DNA of 64,000 nucleotides. Origin: Octopus vulgaris (taxonomy: Eukaryota). How positions within the stretch are numbered: position 1 is the first letter of the stretch; each line of letters begins with the position of its first letter. The notes below the pieces were generated by a model. The model made no database searches and was not told the origin of the DNA. It worked only from the letters and a program-made list of their open reading frames with translations. The stretch covers positions 3,100,001-3,164,000 of the forward strand of contig OX597830.1 in assembly GCA_951406725.2 (NCBI GenBank). Reading direction: 5' to 3'. Below are positions 38,723 to 52,600 of the stretch, in pieces. Both the position numbers and the translations under genes were made by a program.

Positions 38723-40748
38723 AAAGAAGAGTAAAAATGTGTTGAGTAATTTCTCAGTTTAGTTTAAAGTGTTTTTTATTATAATTTAAGTTTAGGTCGA
38801 TGACTTGGCAGAACACTTAGCAGCCTTACATTCGATGACTTGACAAAACATTTAGCAGCCTTACATTCCTCTTTATGTTCTGAGTTCAAATTCTGCTGAG
38901 AATGACTTTGCCTTTCACCTTTTCAGGGTCAATGTAATCTGACTTCCTCTGACCCTTAAAAACTGCTGGCTCAGTGCCAACATTGGAAAGCATTATAACT
39001 TGATATAAAAAACAAACTCTTACATATCAACATCATCATCATCATTATCATAATTTAATGTCCGCTTTCCATGCTGGCATGGGTTGGATGGTTTTACTGA
39101 AAACTGGTAAGCTGGGAGAGCTGTACCAGGTTTCAATCTGATTTGGCATAGTTTTACACAGCTGGATGCTCTTCCTAATGTCAACCACTGCAAGAGTGTG
39201 GTGGATGCATTTTACATGCCAGCAGCACAGGTGCCAGGTAAGTGACTCTGGCATTGGCCACAACTACAATTTCAATTGGTTTGAGGCAACTTCTCAAGCA
39301 CACCATATCACCCAATGTTCAAAGGGTGCTTTCTATGTGCCACCAGCCCAAGTGCCTGTTTAATGACACTATCATTGACCATGACTGCAATTTCTCTTAG
39401 CTTGACGCATCTTCTCAAGCACAGCAAATCGCCAAAGGTCGCCGTCATATGTCATTGTCTCCATGACACCCAACGTTCAAAGGTCATGCTTCATCACCTT
39501 GTCCTAATTCTTCCTGGGGGTCTACCATTTCTACAGATTCCGTCTGCAGTTAGAGATCGGCACTTCTTCACACAGCTGTCCTCGTCCATATGTATTTCAC
39601 GGATAAGGACAGCCATGTGAAGAAGTGCTGATCTCTTACAGATATATATGCATGTGTATGAGTGTGTATGAACACACACACACACACACACACACATACA
39701 TATTAATGTTTGTTTTGAAGTTGAGTTCCAATCATTTGAAATGCGCTGAGAACACAATGTGCCAATGGTCCAACGTGTTCTCCAGCAAAATACTGCATTT
39801 CATTCCCCTCCAACTCACTCAGCTGTAAATGGGTAACCTTGCAATGGACTGGCATTCTGTTCGGGGGTGGGGTGGGGGTGCTGGTCAGCTCACCTAACCA
39901 ATGGTGGTGGTGGTGGTGGTGGTGGTGGTGGGGCTCATTTAAAAGCTAGAATAAGGAAGACTGAATTGAGAACAGTGGGGGACAAACATAGATGCATATA
40001 TATTTCTTTACTGCCCACAAGGCGCTAAACATAGAGGAGACAAACAAGGACAGACAACGACCCCATTTGCGAAACTGGTACTTTATATATCGACCCCAAA
40101 AGGATGAAAGGCAAAGTCGACCCCAGCGGAATTTGAACTCAGAACGTAACATAGATGTATATATAACAACAACCAACAGTCCAAATGATGCACTGATATA
40201 TATGCATGTGTGTGTGCATGTATGTATGTATGTAATGTATGTATGTGTATGTAATGTATGTATGTAATTGTTCAGTTTTGTATGTGTGTACATATGTGTA
40301 TGTATGTATGAAATGTATGTATGTGTATATGTATGTATGTACATACGTGTGTATTTATGTATGTATATATGTATGTGTATGTATGCATGTAAGTATGTAT
40401 GGTGTGTGCATGTGTATGTGAGTGCTTGTGTGTGTGCTTGTGTGTGTGTGTGTGTGTGTGTGCTTGTGTGTGTGTGCGTGCGTGTGTGTGTGTCTATTAA
40501 TTGTTTCAGCCATTCAACAATGGCCATACTCAGGCAGAGCCATGAAGAATTTGTTTTCTTTCTTTTGGTCAAATGAGTCAACTCAAGGACTCATTTATTT
40601 TAAGCCTGGTACTTATTGTATCATCACTTCTGCTGAATCACTAAGTTACGGGGATGTAAACACACCAACACTGGCTGTCAAGAGATGGTAGGGACAAACA
40701 CAGACACTAAGACACACACACACATACACATAGATATATACACACACA

Positions 40749-40785
<37 letters not shown>

Positions 40786-42589
40786 CAGGTTTCTTTTAGT
40801 TTCCATCTACCAAATCCACTCTCAATGCTTTGGTCAGTTTGTGGCTATAGTTGAAGACAGTTGCTTGAACCAAAAGCCATGTAGCTAGGAACCAAGCTTC
40901 TTACCACACAGCCATGCTTGTGCTTATATATATGTATGTATTTCTATTTGTCTGCATACACATTTGGTTTAAATGCCTAAGCTAGTGAAAACCATTGGCC
41001 ATTGGAAAGTAAAAATCATAAAGTTTTGCTAATATTTTATAAATATTATTCAAATATTTTTCATTCATTCTCGATCCCTTTGGGGGAATTAAAAAAAATT
41101 ACATAAATTTCATTTTGTTGTTGTTTTTTGTCAGACTAGAAATTAAGTTATAGGGTTAAAATTGGAATTTGTCTGCATGAAATGGGGGTTAGGGACCAGT
41201 TAAACGAATCTTTGAATGGTTATCTTTTCCCTTCATTTCAATAGTTCTGCTTTTAGAATCGGGTTAATATGTTATTCAATACAAAATGCTGGGAAAGGAA
41301 GAATACTAAGTCAATTGATTAGCTTAATATGTCATTTTTGGAAAGCAACCAATCAACTGAGTGAATTTCTTCTGCAGACATGCGAATAGTGTATTGTTTT
41401 TCAATTTATTTACAAATGATTCAACATTTTTTGTTGAATTAAAAAAAGAAAAGAATAACTCATAGAAATATCCATTTGCTCATTTACCATACGTGCACGG
41501 AACGCTTTCCAATTATTATTATTGTTGTTGTTTTTTATATTTATACTTTTTATTTATTCATTTGTTTATTTTTATTCCAGATTTTCTCAGAATCAAGAAA
41601 AAATATCAATATATATCTGATCGATGAAATTTTTACCAACTGCCAATTATTAGAATAATTAGTACCAATTTCAATATTTCAATATTTTTCTGATTGATTT
41701 GCTTAACATATCAAAGTATTAGGGAAATAAAATTCTAAAGAATTTAACAAAAACCAACGATTTTGTTTTTGTTTTGACATTTCTTTTATATATTTTTAGA
41801 TGATTAAATTATGTTGTGTGATCTCTACATGCCGTACTATCTGTTATTTGTGTTTTTTTTTTATTTTTACGCCATGTATTACTGCATTATATCTCAAAGA
41901 ATATTCATGTGAAGAAAACAAAAGACAACAATATGAACATAGGTTTCCACAACAATAACAACAACAAACATGATTAGACATCATTTTCTCTTAGTTTCTT
42001 TCTAAGAACAAAATTTAAAAGATTCATGGGGAGAAAAAAAAAACGAAAAAAATTCCCATTCATCTCAAAATATAGAACAAGTATGTATACATGTGTATTT
42101 GGATGCGTGTACATGTTTGTATGCATATGTGTATATATATGTGTGTGTGTGTGTATTTGCCTGCATGTAGGTACATGTGCACGTTTCTGTGTGAATGTGT
42201 TTGTATGTATTCGTCTGTGTGTTTCAGTGTATTTGCGTATATCTATGTGCTCGTTTGTGCGTGTGTGTGTGCGCCTATATGCACATGTTCATCTGTGTGC
42301 TTGTCTGTGTTTGTGAGTGAGTGTGTATGTGTATCTATGCTTGTGTGTTAGTGTATATGTGTATGCATTTGTCAGTGTGTGAACGTGTTTGTGTGCATGT
42401 GCTTGTGTGTTTGCATGCATGTATTTGTCTGCATGTTTGTGTATGCTTGAGTACATGTGTGTTTGTGTGAATATATTGTAGTTTTTTTTTCACTCTAGCT
42501 TCTCTCTTTCCCCATCTTATTCATTCCTCCCCCTCTTACTCTCAAACCCCATCAAATCCCCCCACCCCACCCTACCCACCAACTCAACA

Positions 42590-42626
<37 letters not shown>

Positions 42627-43910
42627 GTGAATCTGCTGACTTCAGAATATGGCAATTTTCTCCTCAGTAGGACCCTGTGATAATGTTTTAATTAAACTGG
42701 GTGATACTCTGCTTTGCTATTTTCCCAAACGGCTATGGGTCGCTGCCACCCTTAATCCTCTTGATAGTGAGTCTGCTGTCAGGTAGCAGCTGAGGCCATA
42801 TAACAATATACAGTGATAGCACTACCTTTGATTTCCCTCCCATCAACTCCACTTTTTGTTAGAGATCAATGATGATAAAGTAGAATGCACTTGAGTTTCT
42901 GTTTCATCAGCATTAATAATAACCTATTTGTTGCCGCCTCTAATTCCACCCATTTTCTAAGCTGATAATCACAACGCACTCTTTCTCCTTCTAAACAAGC
43001 CTCATTTACATGTGCACACAACATGGCCTCTTATATATTATGCATGTCTTCACTCAATAGAAATTTTGGCAAGCACACAAGAATGCTTCTCTATGGTTAT
43101 TCACTGTGCTTAAAATATCAACTAAATCTCCCTCAAGTCACTGCCTACTGTCTTCAAAAATAAAGGCTACCTAGAATGAAGTCATTAGAGATTGGGTTTA
43201 AAAATATACAAAAGACAGGAGGATTGAAAGACAGAATCTCTTTGATGTTTGGTCAGTGGAATACAACGGTAGCTGAGAGATATGTAACAACAACAATAAT
43301 AACAAGAGACTTTGGTACTATATATTACTACAGACTTGACAGGACTATAAAATGCAAACCAATGAAAGTTCCACCACAAGGCTGCAGACCCTGTTGAAAA
43401 TAACAGCCAATTCTCATTTAAAATACTTTATCATTATTATTTTTCTAATGTCAGGAAGAATAACATGGGTTATAAATTCTACAAGGCCTTTTTAGGGCCC
43501 TCAAAGTTGGAGAAAGGAAGAGGGGAAGACAGAAAAGACTTGGCTTGAGTCCTTGCACCAGAATGGACTCTGCTAAAGATATCCAGAGGCCTGATGTTGG
43601 TACTTAACAGGGCAACGGGTCGAGTCAACCACACTGGATGATATACCCCTAGATCTGTGATTCCCAACGTGTGGTGCATGACAGACCGGTGGGGCATGAA
43701 TAAGGTTACCTTTCGTACACATTAGTATATACCAATAGAGAGAAAAGGGGCAATTCGAGAATGAGTTATTAAAATAAAGAAAATTCTATGGACAACTTTA
43801 TAAAATTTTGGACAAAGATCTGACGTCATTAAAGAGGGAATAGATTATTTATTTCCTTTGATTTAATGGTATGTGAAAACATGTAGGTAATTACGAACGC
43901 GTATGTATGT

Positions 43911-43954
<44 letters not shown>

Positions 43955-44780
43955 ATGTAGTATAGAACTGGTCAGTACAGAATGCAATGCCATCTTAATT
44001 CCCTCTGGAGGAATAAACTGGAGACAGACTTCTGTGTGCAGGTGTGTCTGAGAGTCTTTTATCTCTGGTGACAAAAGATCCAGGTACACAAAGAGTATGT
44101 GGTGCTGTAGAAGAATATGGCAATAAATGGTGTTCGGGGGTGAGAGATGAAAGAATAGAATGGAAGTGAGGGGTAGCGTCAGGGAAGGAAGAGAAAGAGA
44201 AAGAGAGAGACGAGAGGAGACAGACAGACAGATAGATAGAGTGAGTGAGAGAGAGATTAATGGAACCGGTAGCGTACGACACACTCGTATAATATATATG
44301 AACAGAGATGAAAACTAAAAGGTGTCGTTTTATTACCACCGGTCAGTTTGTGAATTCAGCAAAAAGGTAAGAAAAAACTTCCATCATTGATGCAAAGGCT
44401 TTTGCAGTTGAGAAGATTCACGGAATATTTTTGGTTTCGTTTTGAGCAGATTTTCCGAAAGGTTACACGGAAATCTTTTGGAAGAAATTGTTACAAATAT
44501 CTGCTTCAACTGAAATCTCTTCGTGTTTGATTCAAAGACAGATTTCTGCCTCAACCCCGACTTCAGATAAAAATGGATAACTTTTAATGAAATTGTCTTC
44601 GAATTCCGAATATACAAAATTTAGGGCGAGGGATTTCGGAAAATTCATCAGAGTCCACTCCAATTCGTCTTAACTTTCAATGTAGATTCCGAGGACATAG
44701 GAATTTTGGGGAAAACAATTGGGGGCAATTTTTGAGAACCGTTCCCGACTCGCAGGTGTTTCTGAAAGAGTCGTCCATAT

Positions 44781-47700
44781 AGGAATCCCCGGAATCCCTG
44801 GGTGCATGGAACACGCATTTGCCATCTGGGAAGCCATCACCTGTGCAAAACAAATGAGGAAAAACCTGTTTGGCAAGATCTTGCCAATGCTTATGGATCT
44901 GTTCGCACGCAATAATAAAAACAGCGATGGACTTCTTTTGGATTCCAAGAGATGTTCAACGAATGCTCATGTCGTACTACGACAACTTGAGGATGAGATT
45001 TGCAGCAGGAAAGTTCACAACGGAGTGGCAACGGCTTGAAATAGGTATTGCAGCCGGATGCACGATATCAGTCATCTTATTCGTGCTAGTCATGGAAATG
45101 TTACTTAGATCTACAAACTGTGAGAAAGCTGTTAGTAGAACAAGAATTAAAGGCAATTGACAGAACAACGCTGCCGGGAAAATTCAAGTGTTGGATACTG
45201 CAATTTGAGCTGTACCCAAGAATAATGTGGCCATTGCAAATGTACGAAATAGCCTCGAGTAGAGTAGAAAGGATGGAGCAAAGATGCAGTGTGTTTATCA
45301 GAAAATGGCTTGGTCTGCCGAAACCACTGAATACAACAGCACTATATGGAAAACCCGTGCTGCAACTACCAATAACATCAATCGCCGAAGAATATAAGGC
45401 AGGAAAGGCAAGGACAGTAATGAGGCTAAGGTATTCAGAAGATCAGAGCATCCAGGAAAACCCTCCAAAGGTACGAACAGGGAGGAAATGGAAGGCGGAA
45501 GAGGCAGTAAAGAGGGCGATCGGAAAACTAAGGCACGCAGATATAGTCGGAGCGACGCAAGAAGCTAGAACCGGCCTAGGGTCGCAAAATTTCAAACCAT
45601 TTTGCAAGAGCAGTGCAAAAGAGATGAAAGAGGCAGAGCTATACGAAGTGAGAAAGGAGAAAGAAGAAAGGCGAAATGTACATTTGGTGCAATGCAGTTG
45701 TAGCAATATCGTCTCTCATTGCTATCTTCACTGTTTGAGAAGAGTATTAAGAATAACCTCGGTCAAGATTACAAACATCTTTGGCTAATTCAACATTGTT
45801 GTAAACACTAATTCGATTGGCTGACACGTTGGTCTCTACTACGCTCGCACCGCTGGTTATAACTTGGCGCAATTTGCCTCCGTTTATTTTCGCGCCATAG
45901 TTCCAAGCAGCCAATCACAGCTTTCCATTTCTGAAGTTCACTGGGAGCTTGATGAAGCTTATAAAACAAGGTTTCTCAGAAAAATATTCGTCTTAGGTTT
46001 CCAGTCCTTCTTAGGGCGAACCTCTGACCACACAGAGCTCGTTTTAGGCTTTTAGTTCTTTTAAGAGCTAAGTCTCTGACCACACAGAGCATACTCGACC
46101 AAGTTCCATTTCGAAAGGCAGGCGACCACCATTAATACAAGATGTTACAGAAACCTCTTATACTGTTAGTGTGAAATATCACCATGAAGAACGGTTACAG
46201 GAGATCTATAACTAGAGAAAAATAACCAAGCAGAACATATGATGAAGACGCAGCGAAAACCAAGCGCCAAACATCGAAGATTTAATTTGTACACAAGACG
46301 ACTACAGATTCAGCTATAGCGGTTAGGTGAAATTCTCGCCACGGAAAAAACGGCTACAGTAACATATCTGGAAGTATGTTCATATCAAGAGAAAGATAAA
46401 CACAACGAGTGATTCAATTAATCTCAACTGCGATACGCAATATCTTGATATGGAAGTCTGACGCTGTACCTCATAAACGGTAAATCAATTATCTGTTCTT
46501 GGGTTCTAGTTTCTTCTAAGAACTACCTTAAGCCATCTGTTATTACCTGTTGCCAGGCCTATACCAACAACATGAACTGTGAATCAAACTCCATCGTCAT
46601 TTCACTGGTCAGTACCTTTTTACGCCTAACGAACACACAGACACAAAAACATGCTAACGCTTACGAACTCTTAGAATCCACATGATTGTAAAATATGTAA
46701 AATAAATAATGTATATATCTTAAAAAGAAATCTTGTTGTCATTCCAAACTTATGTGTTTTGCCGCTGCATGTATTATATAGTCAGTAAATAAATTATTAA
46801 GAATGGGATCGCGTGCGACTAATCTTATACGGTACGACCAAGCGTGATCCTATTTTTATACAGTCAACAGGGACAGTGCCTGAGATGGGAGGAATATGTG
46901 ATCAACCGCAGAATATCATGGAAGGAACTTTGGGCTTGGGAACAAGCAAGAACATCCTTCCTGATCAAGTCTACCTTCGACGTTCTACCCTCACCGGCGA
47001 ACTTAGTCCGGTGGAACATAAAAACAACCGACGAGTGTAGATGCGGAGAGAAAGCGACGGTTAGACATGTTCTGTCAGGTTGCAGACTAGCACTTGAAAG
47101 GTATACATGGCGTCATAATCAAGTCCTCGGCGTCATAAGCGCAGCACTCAAGGAGAAGATCGAGAGGTACAATAAGGGAGAGTACCCAAAAGTAGAAAAG
47201 CGCAGGAAAGTATACTTCCACAAGGAGGGAAAAGGATATAAAACCAGGCCTACAAGTAAAGTATACGAGATAGACGAAAGATGGAAGGGATACTGGGAGG
47301 TGGCCACGGACTTGGAAAGACAAGTAATATTTCCACTAATAAAAACAACGAAAAGACCGGATTTAGTCCTATGGAACAGAGACCGGAGAATAGGAATTTT
47401 ACAAGAACTGACAGTACCTCGGGAAGAGAACATCGGCAATGCAGAGGAACGAAAGGAGAAGAGGTATGAAAAGTTAATCGAAGAATGCAGAGAACAGGGA
47501 TGGAATGTCGAATATTATCAACTGGCAATGGGGGCTAGAGGCTTCATTGAAAGGAAATTTAACAACGCTTTTCGAAAGAAGATTTGTTTTTTCTGGCTCC
47601 GAGCTGCGAAAACTAATAAGGAGAGTACAGGAGGCGGTAGAAAAAGCCAGCTTCTATATAAGTCATAAACACGCCGATGGGAAATAACATCATTAGGTGA

Positions 47701-48180
47701 GACAAACTGACTGAATCAGCTTCGCTGACTGACAGGTGACGGTCGTTTAGAAAAAGCGCGGGCTAAAACTACGCGCCTTCACTAGTTAGTTAAGGTGAGT
47801 CAGTGTCACATGACAACTTGCTGGGGCTGCCTGCTGGAGCCTAACAGCAGGTATTTAAAGGGAAAAATTTGACCAGTCAGTCAGTCACCGGCTGACACTC
47901 GCTGACGATACATCGAAGAGGCCAGGAAACAGAAGAAAGAAGAAGAAAGAAGTCATGCACCCAGCACCGGAGCTGAAGACACCTCCGAAACGGGGGGGCG
48001 CCACGTCAAAACGGTAGAGGAGTAGGGGCCGAAACCGGACGTGGTTCCTCCTGATGATGTCTTGAGCTAAAGGAGCGGTTGTGGTAGCAGACCATGAAAC
48101 ACGGTTGTAATTCCTTTTGGTGCGTTTGTGCATCCGTAGATTTCTACTGAAGCAATGAAGGCAAATGAAACTCTCACCAG
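44781..48180 (+). mobile_element. Hero-like RLE non-LTR retrotransposon, 5'-truncated, internally deleted and interrupted; 3' boundary approximate
   Basis: GIPGIPGCMEH, WQRLEIGIAAGCTISVILF, LPGKFKCW, FLIKSTFDVLPSPANL, CRCG...HVLSGC...RHNQVL, RPDLVLW and ELTVP motifs; the xxDD catalytic block is absent at a junction near 45122. Confidence 0.85.
45699..46860 (+). mobile_element. 1162-bp solo-LTR-like insertion with a 4-bp CAGT TSD
   Basis: Splits Hero codons C-S|Q-Q; CAGT at 45695-45698 and 46861-46864; termini TGTAG...TTATA; CCAAT, TATAAAA and AATAAA occur in order; non-coding. Confidence 0.7.
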
Positions 48181-49930
48181 GAAACTCGTTATGCTAGAAA
48201 TAACAGCTAAAGGTCTGCTACACAGTAATATGTTATTAAGACCACTTATCTGTTGCATACAATAATAGAAAGGCAGAAGACACCAGAAGCAAAAATAAGG
48301 AAGAAACGCACAATTAGATATAAAAGTGTAAAGCATAATTTGTTACATAATGAAAGATAATAAAAGATATTGAATGGAATAATTCCTCGTTTGAACTTTT
48401 TTAAATTACATATATGTGTGTGTGTGTGGTAGAAATCTACTGATAGACAATTCCATTAAAAATATCCATTTTCCCCAAAGTTATGATCATCCAAAATCGA
48501 AGTCGCAGAAATCTGTAGTTATACCGATTCAAAAATACATAAAATAAATTGCTCAAGGAAAAAAAAGTTCGTCAATTTTCAGAGGAATATTTAAAATTTG
48601 GATTTATACCCGCTGTCCACGATAAACTGTCACCAAGTTATGGGCAAAAACCTCGGATCTTGTGAATTTTCCAAAGTCCTCTTCTGAACCCTTGGAAAAG
48701 ATTTTCCTACAAATTTATTTATAATCGTAATCTATGTCGGTTGAAAGGTATTTATACAAAATTTCATTTAAAAATAACAAAACATTTTCCTAAAAGTTAT
48801 GAGGGGAAATCTCGGATCTTGTGAATTTTCTGAAGTTCTCTCCCCCATCGTTGCTTTCCACACATTTTTTTTTTCTTATTCGTTTCTTACACATTTCTTT
48901 TTTATATCCGTTTCACTATTTAAAAAAAATTAGTTTCCTGGTAATATTGTAAATATTAACCAAATTTTGAATAACAAAACTTACATATCAGAAGGAGGCA
49001 TCGGGATTTTAGAAATGATTCTGTGGCCAAAAATCGATTGGGAACCATTGCCTTAGATAGATTATGTCTGTTATATAAGTCAGAAAGTTCATGCCTGAAA
49101 AAATCATCAGTCATATCTCTAATCATAGACAAGTGTCGATTAGTGGTTGTGGTGGCGGGGACGCTAAACACCCCCGCCAACAACAATAACAGCAAATGAC
49201 TGATATCTCACATAAATGTAACTGCTATCTTACATCGTTTACAACAATGTTAATAACCAGAAACCAATTAGAAGCTCTGAAACCCTCAATCGCCTTTCAT
49301 GAGGACTGTCCATATTTGACAATTACCAAGATCAAAGGTAAAGCGCATCGGTTCCTTTTCAGTTGTTTTAGTCATTAGATTGCAGCCATGCTGGAGCACC
49401 ACCTTGAAACACTTCAGTCTAATGACCAGATATATATGCTTAAGGACTTTTCAGTCACAGACTTTCCATCTTATATATCAAACGATCTGACCACAGTAAT
49501 TTTCTTTTTTTGGGGCCTGGTTCTTATTCTGTTGGGTCTTTTGCTGAACCGCTAAGTTATGGGGAGGCAAACAAACCATCACTAGTTGTCAAGCACTGGT
49601 GGGGGACAAACACAGACACAAAGACTCACACTGACACACACATATATATATATATACATATATACGACGGGCTTCTTTCAGTTTCCGTCTACCAAATCCA
49701 CTCACAAGGCTTTGGTCAGCAGAGTCTATAGTAGAAGACACTTGCCCAAGGTGCCACACAGTGGGACTGAACCCGGAATCATGTGGTTGGTAAGCAAGCT
49801 ACTTACCACACAGCCACTCCTATGCCTCTCTCTCTATATATAGGCATATATATATACATACATATATATATATATATGAGTGTGTGTGTGTGTGTATTAT
49901 TTATTTAAAGGACACAATACATATCCTTAA

Positions 49931-49985
49931 GTGCTACTAATAGTTTCATATGTTGAGAAATATCTCAAGCATATTCTTCAGGCAC
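49931..49985 (-). ncRNA. Type-I hammerhead ribozyme motif with a fully canonical core
   Basis: gtgc-CTGAAGA-atatg(c)ttgaga tatt tctcaa catat-GAAA-cta t tag-TA-gcac; predicted cleavage after GUA, between 49935 and 49934. Confidence 0.8.
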
Positions 49986-52289
49986 AAACCACATATCATT
50001 AGTAACACCTAAAGACATGTCCTTTAAATAAATATTTATCTTTCCCCAGATGGAGCACCTTTTTTGTTGAATTTTCTATCACGGAACAGTACATAAATAT
50101 ATATATATATTTGATGGGATTCTTTCAGTTTCTATCTGCTGAATGCACACACAAGACTTTGTTCAGCCTGAGGCTATTGTAGAAAGCAATTACCTAAGGT
50201 GCCATGCAGGAGGACTGAACCTGAAACCATGTGGCTGTGAAACAAACTTCTTACCTCACAGCCACACCTGCCCCTATGTTATCTCCTCTCTTGGTTTTAT
50301 TATCTGATTCAATAAATCTCCAAATCCTGCATCTGAAAGATAATCTGAAGTAACTTCAATAAATAAAGGCTTTCTCTTTGATTAGTGAGACATTTGGCAA
50401 AGATGTTCATTTAATCAAGAAGACACTCATTAAAACCTGTTGCTGCTTTGTTGTTTTGTTGTTTTTTAGCCTCAGGTTAGCAACAATTAAGCAAATCTAT
50501 GGTGAAAAAGCATTCCTTGTGATTAGAATTTCATCTCTTTTATTAAGGTACAGCATATCTAGGACTACATTACTGAATGTACACTTTAATTTGGAAATGG
50601 TTAGACATAGTTTGAAGAAGATTTAGCTGCTGTTTTTAGCTCAGTGATTGACCATGTAAAGATACGTTAATTGGTTCAGGTAAAAAGCTTTCTTCCTCCT
50701 CATTGAGACAGTTATGAATCCTGTTTGTTTTATTGAAGAACCTGTCAAAAGAACTGTGCATCTAATTGACGCAGCATTTAAAGAATTCGTTCCGTACAGA
50801 AGAGGTATTTTAATGGAATTTCAAAGATGACCTCATAAATGCAATAGCAGCTACAACATGTAATTGTCTTTTATTTTCCTTGTTACTAACAGAGAAAATG
50901 GATCTTGATGGATCTTGTTAATAATACAATGCAACAATAAGGCAGCAACCTGGCTGAATCTTAACAGCACTAGTCAAAATGGTTAGCAGCATTTCATCTG
51001 CCTTCACATTCTGAGTTCAAATTCCACTGGGGTAGACTTTGCACTTCGCCTTTTCAGGGTCAATAAAATAAGTACCAGTTGATCACTGAGGTCAGTGTAA
51101 TCAACTTACCTCTTCCCCCAAAATTTCTGGCCTTGTGCCAAAATTTAAAATCATTATTATGACACAATGGTAATTCCACAGCATGTGGTTCGAGACTTCT
51201 GGTTAAATCTAGAATTCAAACATTAGAACAATGTTGACAGGAATTTTCGACAGTTTAGCAGTTTACATGTGTGTTTTTTCTAAAATCTACATTGACAAGT
51301 GAATTAGATACTTTACGTTGGAAAAGCATTATGTAAAAGTTACGCAGATAATTTTGTAGTTAAGTATCAACAGGGTAATTTCTGTTGTAAAGTTAAATGT
51401 GTGCAAACAGATAAATGACCATCATAAAAAGAAAAAATGGTTTGTTGTACCTTTACATATTTCCCAGTAGAAATGCTGTAGAGGCTATGCCAAGGTAAAA
51501 GTTAACTGCTATCAAGAGAAGAAATGAAATGCCAACAAAATAATGCATTATGCAGGATTGTTGCTAGAATAAGAAAGTCATAAACTGAAAGAGAAAAAAG
51601 GAGAGAGAGAGAGAGTGAGAGAAAGGAATAGACTATAATGCACCATTAAAGGAAGGTCTGCCTTCATATACTACTTGTGTCTGATTGGTCAAAGCAATAC
51701 ACATGACAGGGCTAAATTAATTTGCTACCAGTTGGAATGACATCACTATACATTCTTAGAATAAATACATCTCTTGGTTCTGATATTGACAGAAGCTGTT
51801 CACCAATCTCATAAAATACCAAAGTTACACTTTCCTTTATAAATACATATCTCTTACAACAGATTCTTGGGAATCTAACAAGGACTACTTTACATAGTTG
51901 CTTGATTTGCTCAAAGTAGCAGCCAAATCTCCTTCAAGTTACTTATCATACTACTCTTTGTTTTCCGCTAAGTTTGGGTTTTTTTGGTGGAATACTCACA
52001 AGAACTCTTCACGGACATGTAACATGTGTACATACTTGCATTCACAAACATACTTATGTACAAGTATATATATCCATACCCAAATACATACATATGTATA
52101 TGAATATGTATATGTAGTGGGGGTGGTTGCTCTGAGAGTGTAGCAACTAGAATAAGAATAACCTGGGCAAAGTTTAGGGAGCCCCTACCTCTCTATATTC
52201 TAAGTTCAAATGCAACCAAATCCATATAATCTCAATATCATGGGTGAAACAAATAATCTTTTACAGTGCAATGTTTCTTCTGTAGTTCA

Positions 52290-52390
<101 letters not shown>

Positions 52391-52494
52391 TAATCCAAAC
52401 AAGAAAGCACAAAAAAACACAACAACGCGAGGACGTGGAACAAATATAGTATTATTGGACACTCAGGAAAGAAGGAAAGAAGGAAAGAAGGAGG

Positions 52495-52529
52495 GTTTAA
52501 CGTTTTGAGCGGAGCTATTCGTCGGAAAC
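52495..52529 (-). ncRNA. Decayed CCGACGA-core hammerhead-like motif in a (TA)n-adjacent element at ~52388-52600
   Basis: Paralog of 30515-30549 with GAAA changed to AAAA and a stem II mismatch. Confidence 0.45.
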
Positions 52530-52600
52530 ATAGGAGAAGGAAAGATCCAGAGAAGGGAAGACAGAGGAAAAAAAAATCACCAATGGTACACACGCAGTCA

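Larger units (their letters stand above)
43655..49050 (+). mobile_element. hAT (Charlie/Buster-like) DNA transposon remnant hosting nested insertions
   Basis: TIRs CTGTGATTCCCAA / TTGGGAACCATTG; 8-bp TSD CCCTAGAT (43647-43654) and CCTTAGAT (49051-49058); transposase N-terminal relic KKVRQFSEEYLKFGFIP at 48561-48611. Confidence 0.8.

Noticed and set aside
47965-48100. CTGAAGA, GAAA and CTGATGA words in the Hero 3' UTR as hammerheads
   Set aside because: I could not build the required stems: the A15.1-U16.1 pair is missing and stems I and II are poor. More likely ordinary 3' UTR hairpins.
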